Shown: positions 62,180 to 64,000 of the stretch, in pieces
Position numbering within the stretch: position 1 is the first letter of the stretch
How the letters are laid out: each line of letters starts with the position of its first letter
Assembly: GCA_963770895.1 (NCBI GenBank)
Contig: CAVYRF010000001.1
Location: forward strand, 1,024,001 to 1,088,000
DNA length: 64,000 nt
DNA from: an uncultured Acidobacteriota bacterium
Lineage (GTDB): Bacteria; Acidobacteriota; Thermoanaerobaculia; Multivoradales; UBA5704
Direction of reading: 5' to 3'
Notes under the pieces: model-generated
What the model saw: the letters and a program-made list of their open reading frames with translations, nothing else
Databases searched by the model: none
What the model was told of the DNA's origin: nothing
Made by a program: the position numbers and the translations under genes

Positions 62180-63463
62180 TCAAGTGTCGCCGGGAGCGGC
62201 CGTAGTGGTGGGAGCCGCCGGTTCGCCGGGTGCGCCGGCAACGACCGGAGCGCCGGGTGCGGCGGCGGCGCGGTCCAGCTGTTCCATCGCGTAGGCGTAG
62301 GCTCCCAGCGCCACCGCGCGGCTGGTGCCCAGGCGGGACAGGCCGACGCCGGTGCGTTTTTGCGGGTCGTAGGCGACGCGCCGCATGGAGCCGGGGACCG
62401 CCACCGTGGCGGCGCGCCCGGCCAGGAACTGGACGCGCCCGGCGTCGTCTTCCAGGTTGAAGGCGGCCAGCTCCGTGCGCGGCACGCGCGCGCCGGCGGC
62501 GGCGCCCAGGGTGCCGTTGAGCTCCGCCACCAGGGCCGGCAGGAAGTGCGCGGCGGCGGCGGCGAGGCCGCCGCCGACCACCACCAGGCCGTCGAGCAAG
62601 GTGAGCGCGTTGGCGACCGCGTCGCCTGCCACCTGCCCGAGCCGCTGGAAGGCCTGGCGCGCCGCCGCGGCGTCGCCGGGCGCGCTGCCGTTGGCGATGG
62701 CGTCGATCTGGCGCGGGTCGGGCGCCGCGTCCAGGGGGATGCCGGCGGCGCCGGCATAGGCGCGGCGCACGGCGCGCAGGCTGGCGCCCTCCTCGGCGCA
62801 GCAGCCGGCGTCGAGGTGGTTGCGCATCAGCCAGATCTCTCCCGCGGCGCTGTTGTCGCCGCGAAAGACCCTGCCGTCGCTGACGATGCCGCCGCCGAAG
62901 CCGGTGCCCAGGGTGATGCCCAGCAGGTTGCGGTAGCGCTTCGCGCTGCCGGCTTCTTCCAGCAGGCGGTTGACGTGCGGCAGCAGGCCGAACAGCGCCT
63001 CGCCGTAGGTGAACAGGTCGCCGTCGTTGTTGATGTAGACGGGGACGCCGAAGCGGTCCTGGAGCATCGGCCCCAGCGCGACGCCGCCGCGGAACGCCGG
63101 CAGGTTCGGCAGGTCGCCGATGATGCCGGCGGGGTAGTCGGCGGGGCCGGGAAAGGCGAAGCTGATCGCCGCGATCGTGCCGCCGGCGGCGGCGCGCGCC
63201 CGCCCGAAGCCCTCGACGATCTGCTCCAGGCAGGCGGCAAGATCGTCACCCCGGCACGGCACGGTGACCGGCGGCGCCGCCTCGCCCGCGGCGTCCATCG
63301 CGGCGAAGGTGAACGTGGTGCCGCCGGCGTCCAGCGTCAGCACCGTACGCCCGCGCCGTCCAGCGCCAGCGGCGTCGGCGGCGCCAGTATCGCCAGCCGC
63401 GCCAGTATCGCGAGCCGCGCCAGCAGCGCCACCAGCGTCGGCGGGAGCGGCGTCGGCGGTCAT
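62180..63463 (-). CDS. ROK-family sugar kinase
   Basis: LDAGGT, AFPGPADY, NLPAFRGG, INNDGDLF..GE, TLGTGFGGG. ATGA overlap with the MFS stop. Confidence 0.9.
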   Translation of the reverse strand: MTADAAPADAGGAAGAARDTGAAGDTGAADAAGAGRRGRTVLTLDAGGTTFTFAAMDAAGEAAPPVTVPCRGDDLAACLEQIVEGFGRARAAAGGTIAAISFAFPGPADYPAGIIGDLPNLPAFRGGVALGPMLQDRFGVPVYINNDGDLFTYGEALFGLLPHVNRLLEEAGSAKRYRNLLGITLGTGFGGGIVSDGRVFRGDNSAAGEIWLMRNHLDAGCCAEEGASLRAVRRAYAGAAGIPLDAAPDPRQIDAIANGSAPGDAAAARQAFQRLGQVAGDAVANALTLLDGLVVVGGGLAAAAAHFLPALVAELNGTLGAAAGARVPRTELAAFNLEDDAGRVQFLAGRAATVAVPGSMRRVAYDPQKRTGVGLSRLGTSRAVALGAYAYAMEQLDRAAAAPGAPVVAGAPGEPAAPTTTAAPGDT

Positions 63464-64000
63464 GGTTGCGGCTGGAGCGGCCGGCGCTGTGCGGCGAAGG
63501 CCAGGGCGGCCAGGTAGACGAAGGCGGCCAGCGGCACGGCGAAGGCCAACCGCACGCCGCCGCGGTCCGCGAGCTGCCCCATGAGCACCGGCAGCACGGC
63601 GCCGCCGGCGATCGCCATGCACATCAGACCCGACAGGGCGCCGCTGCGCTCGGGACGGCTTTCGACGGTGAGCGCGAAGAGGAGCGGCCAGACGTTGGCG
63701 AAGCCCAGGCCGCAACAGGCGATGCCCAGGATCGCCAGCCCCTGGACCGCGCTGAGGATGAGCACCAGCCCGGCCAGGCCGAGCAGCACCGTCACCAGCA
63801 GGAATCGCCGCGCGCCCATGAAGCTGAGCACCGCCGACCCCGCCAGGCGGCCCACGGCCAGGGCGATGAAGAACATGCCCGGACCTAAGCTGGTCGCGGT
63901 CGAGCTGAGCTGCATGCCGAAGCTGCCGGCGAGCAGGGTCGCGAGCCAGGAGTTCAGCCCCACCTCGGCGCCGACGTAGAGAAAGATCCCCGCGACGGCC
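63460..64000 (-). CDS. MFS sugar transporter (FucP/GluP-like), 5'-truncated by window edge
   Basis: IFLYVGAEV, GRLAGS, WPLLF, MAIAGGAVLP; multiple TM helices. Confidence 0.85.
   Translation of the reverse strand, partial: AVAGIFLYVGAEVGLNSWLATLLAGSFGMQLSSTATSLGPGMFFIALAVGRLAGSAVLSFMGARRFLLVTVLLGLAGLVLILSAVQGLAILGIACCGLGFANVWPLLFALTVESRPERSGALSGLMCMAIAGGAVLPVLMGQLADRGGVRLAFAVPLAAFVYLAALAFAAQRRPLQPQP

Overview
High-GC bacterial DNA, probably Acidobacteriota (inferred mainly from an ADOP-type permease), with two secondary-metabolite loci separated by a tRNA-Thr(UGU). Left (1-40.7 kb): the 3' part of a large NRPS depsipeptide cluster. A 5'-truncated NRPS (A-T-C-A-T-C) is followed by a 10,082-aa NRPS: A0-A(keto acid)-KR-T / C-A0'-A(keto acid)-KR-T / C-A(Tyr-like)-T-E / C-A[PRMT-like MT]-T-E / C-A(Val)-T-E / C-A(Asp)-T-TE. 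Next come a SyrP-like TauD dioxygenase, an ADOP permease and a free-standing FkbM methyltransferase wrapped in A-subdomain fragments. The cluster ends at an apparent integrase remnant and IHF site at the tRNA 3' end, suggesting a genomic island. Right (41-64 kb): GntR/YtrA with a DUF1648-DUF5808 membrane protein, a secreted hydrolase, DUF885, a PiT transporter, a DSD1-family PLP enzyme and a GT-C glycosyltransferase. These are followed by an intact enediyne-type PKS (pksE) coupled to unbV(E4) and unbU(E5), with no local E10 thioesterase or E3. ICMT-like, thioredoxin-like, ROK and MFS genes close the window. All calls rest on motif recognition by eye; no searches were run.
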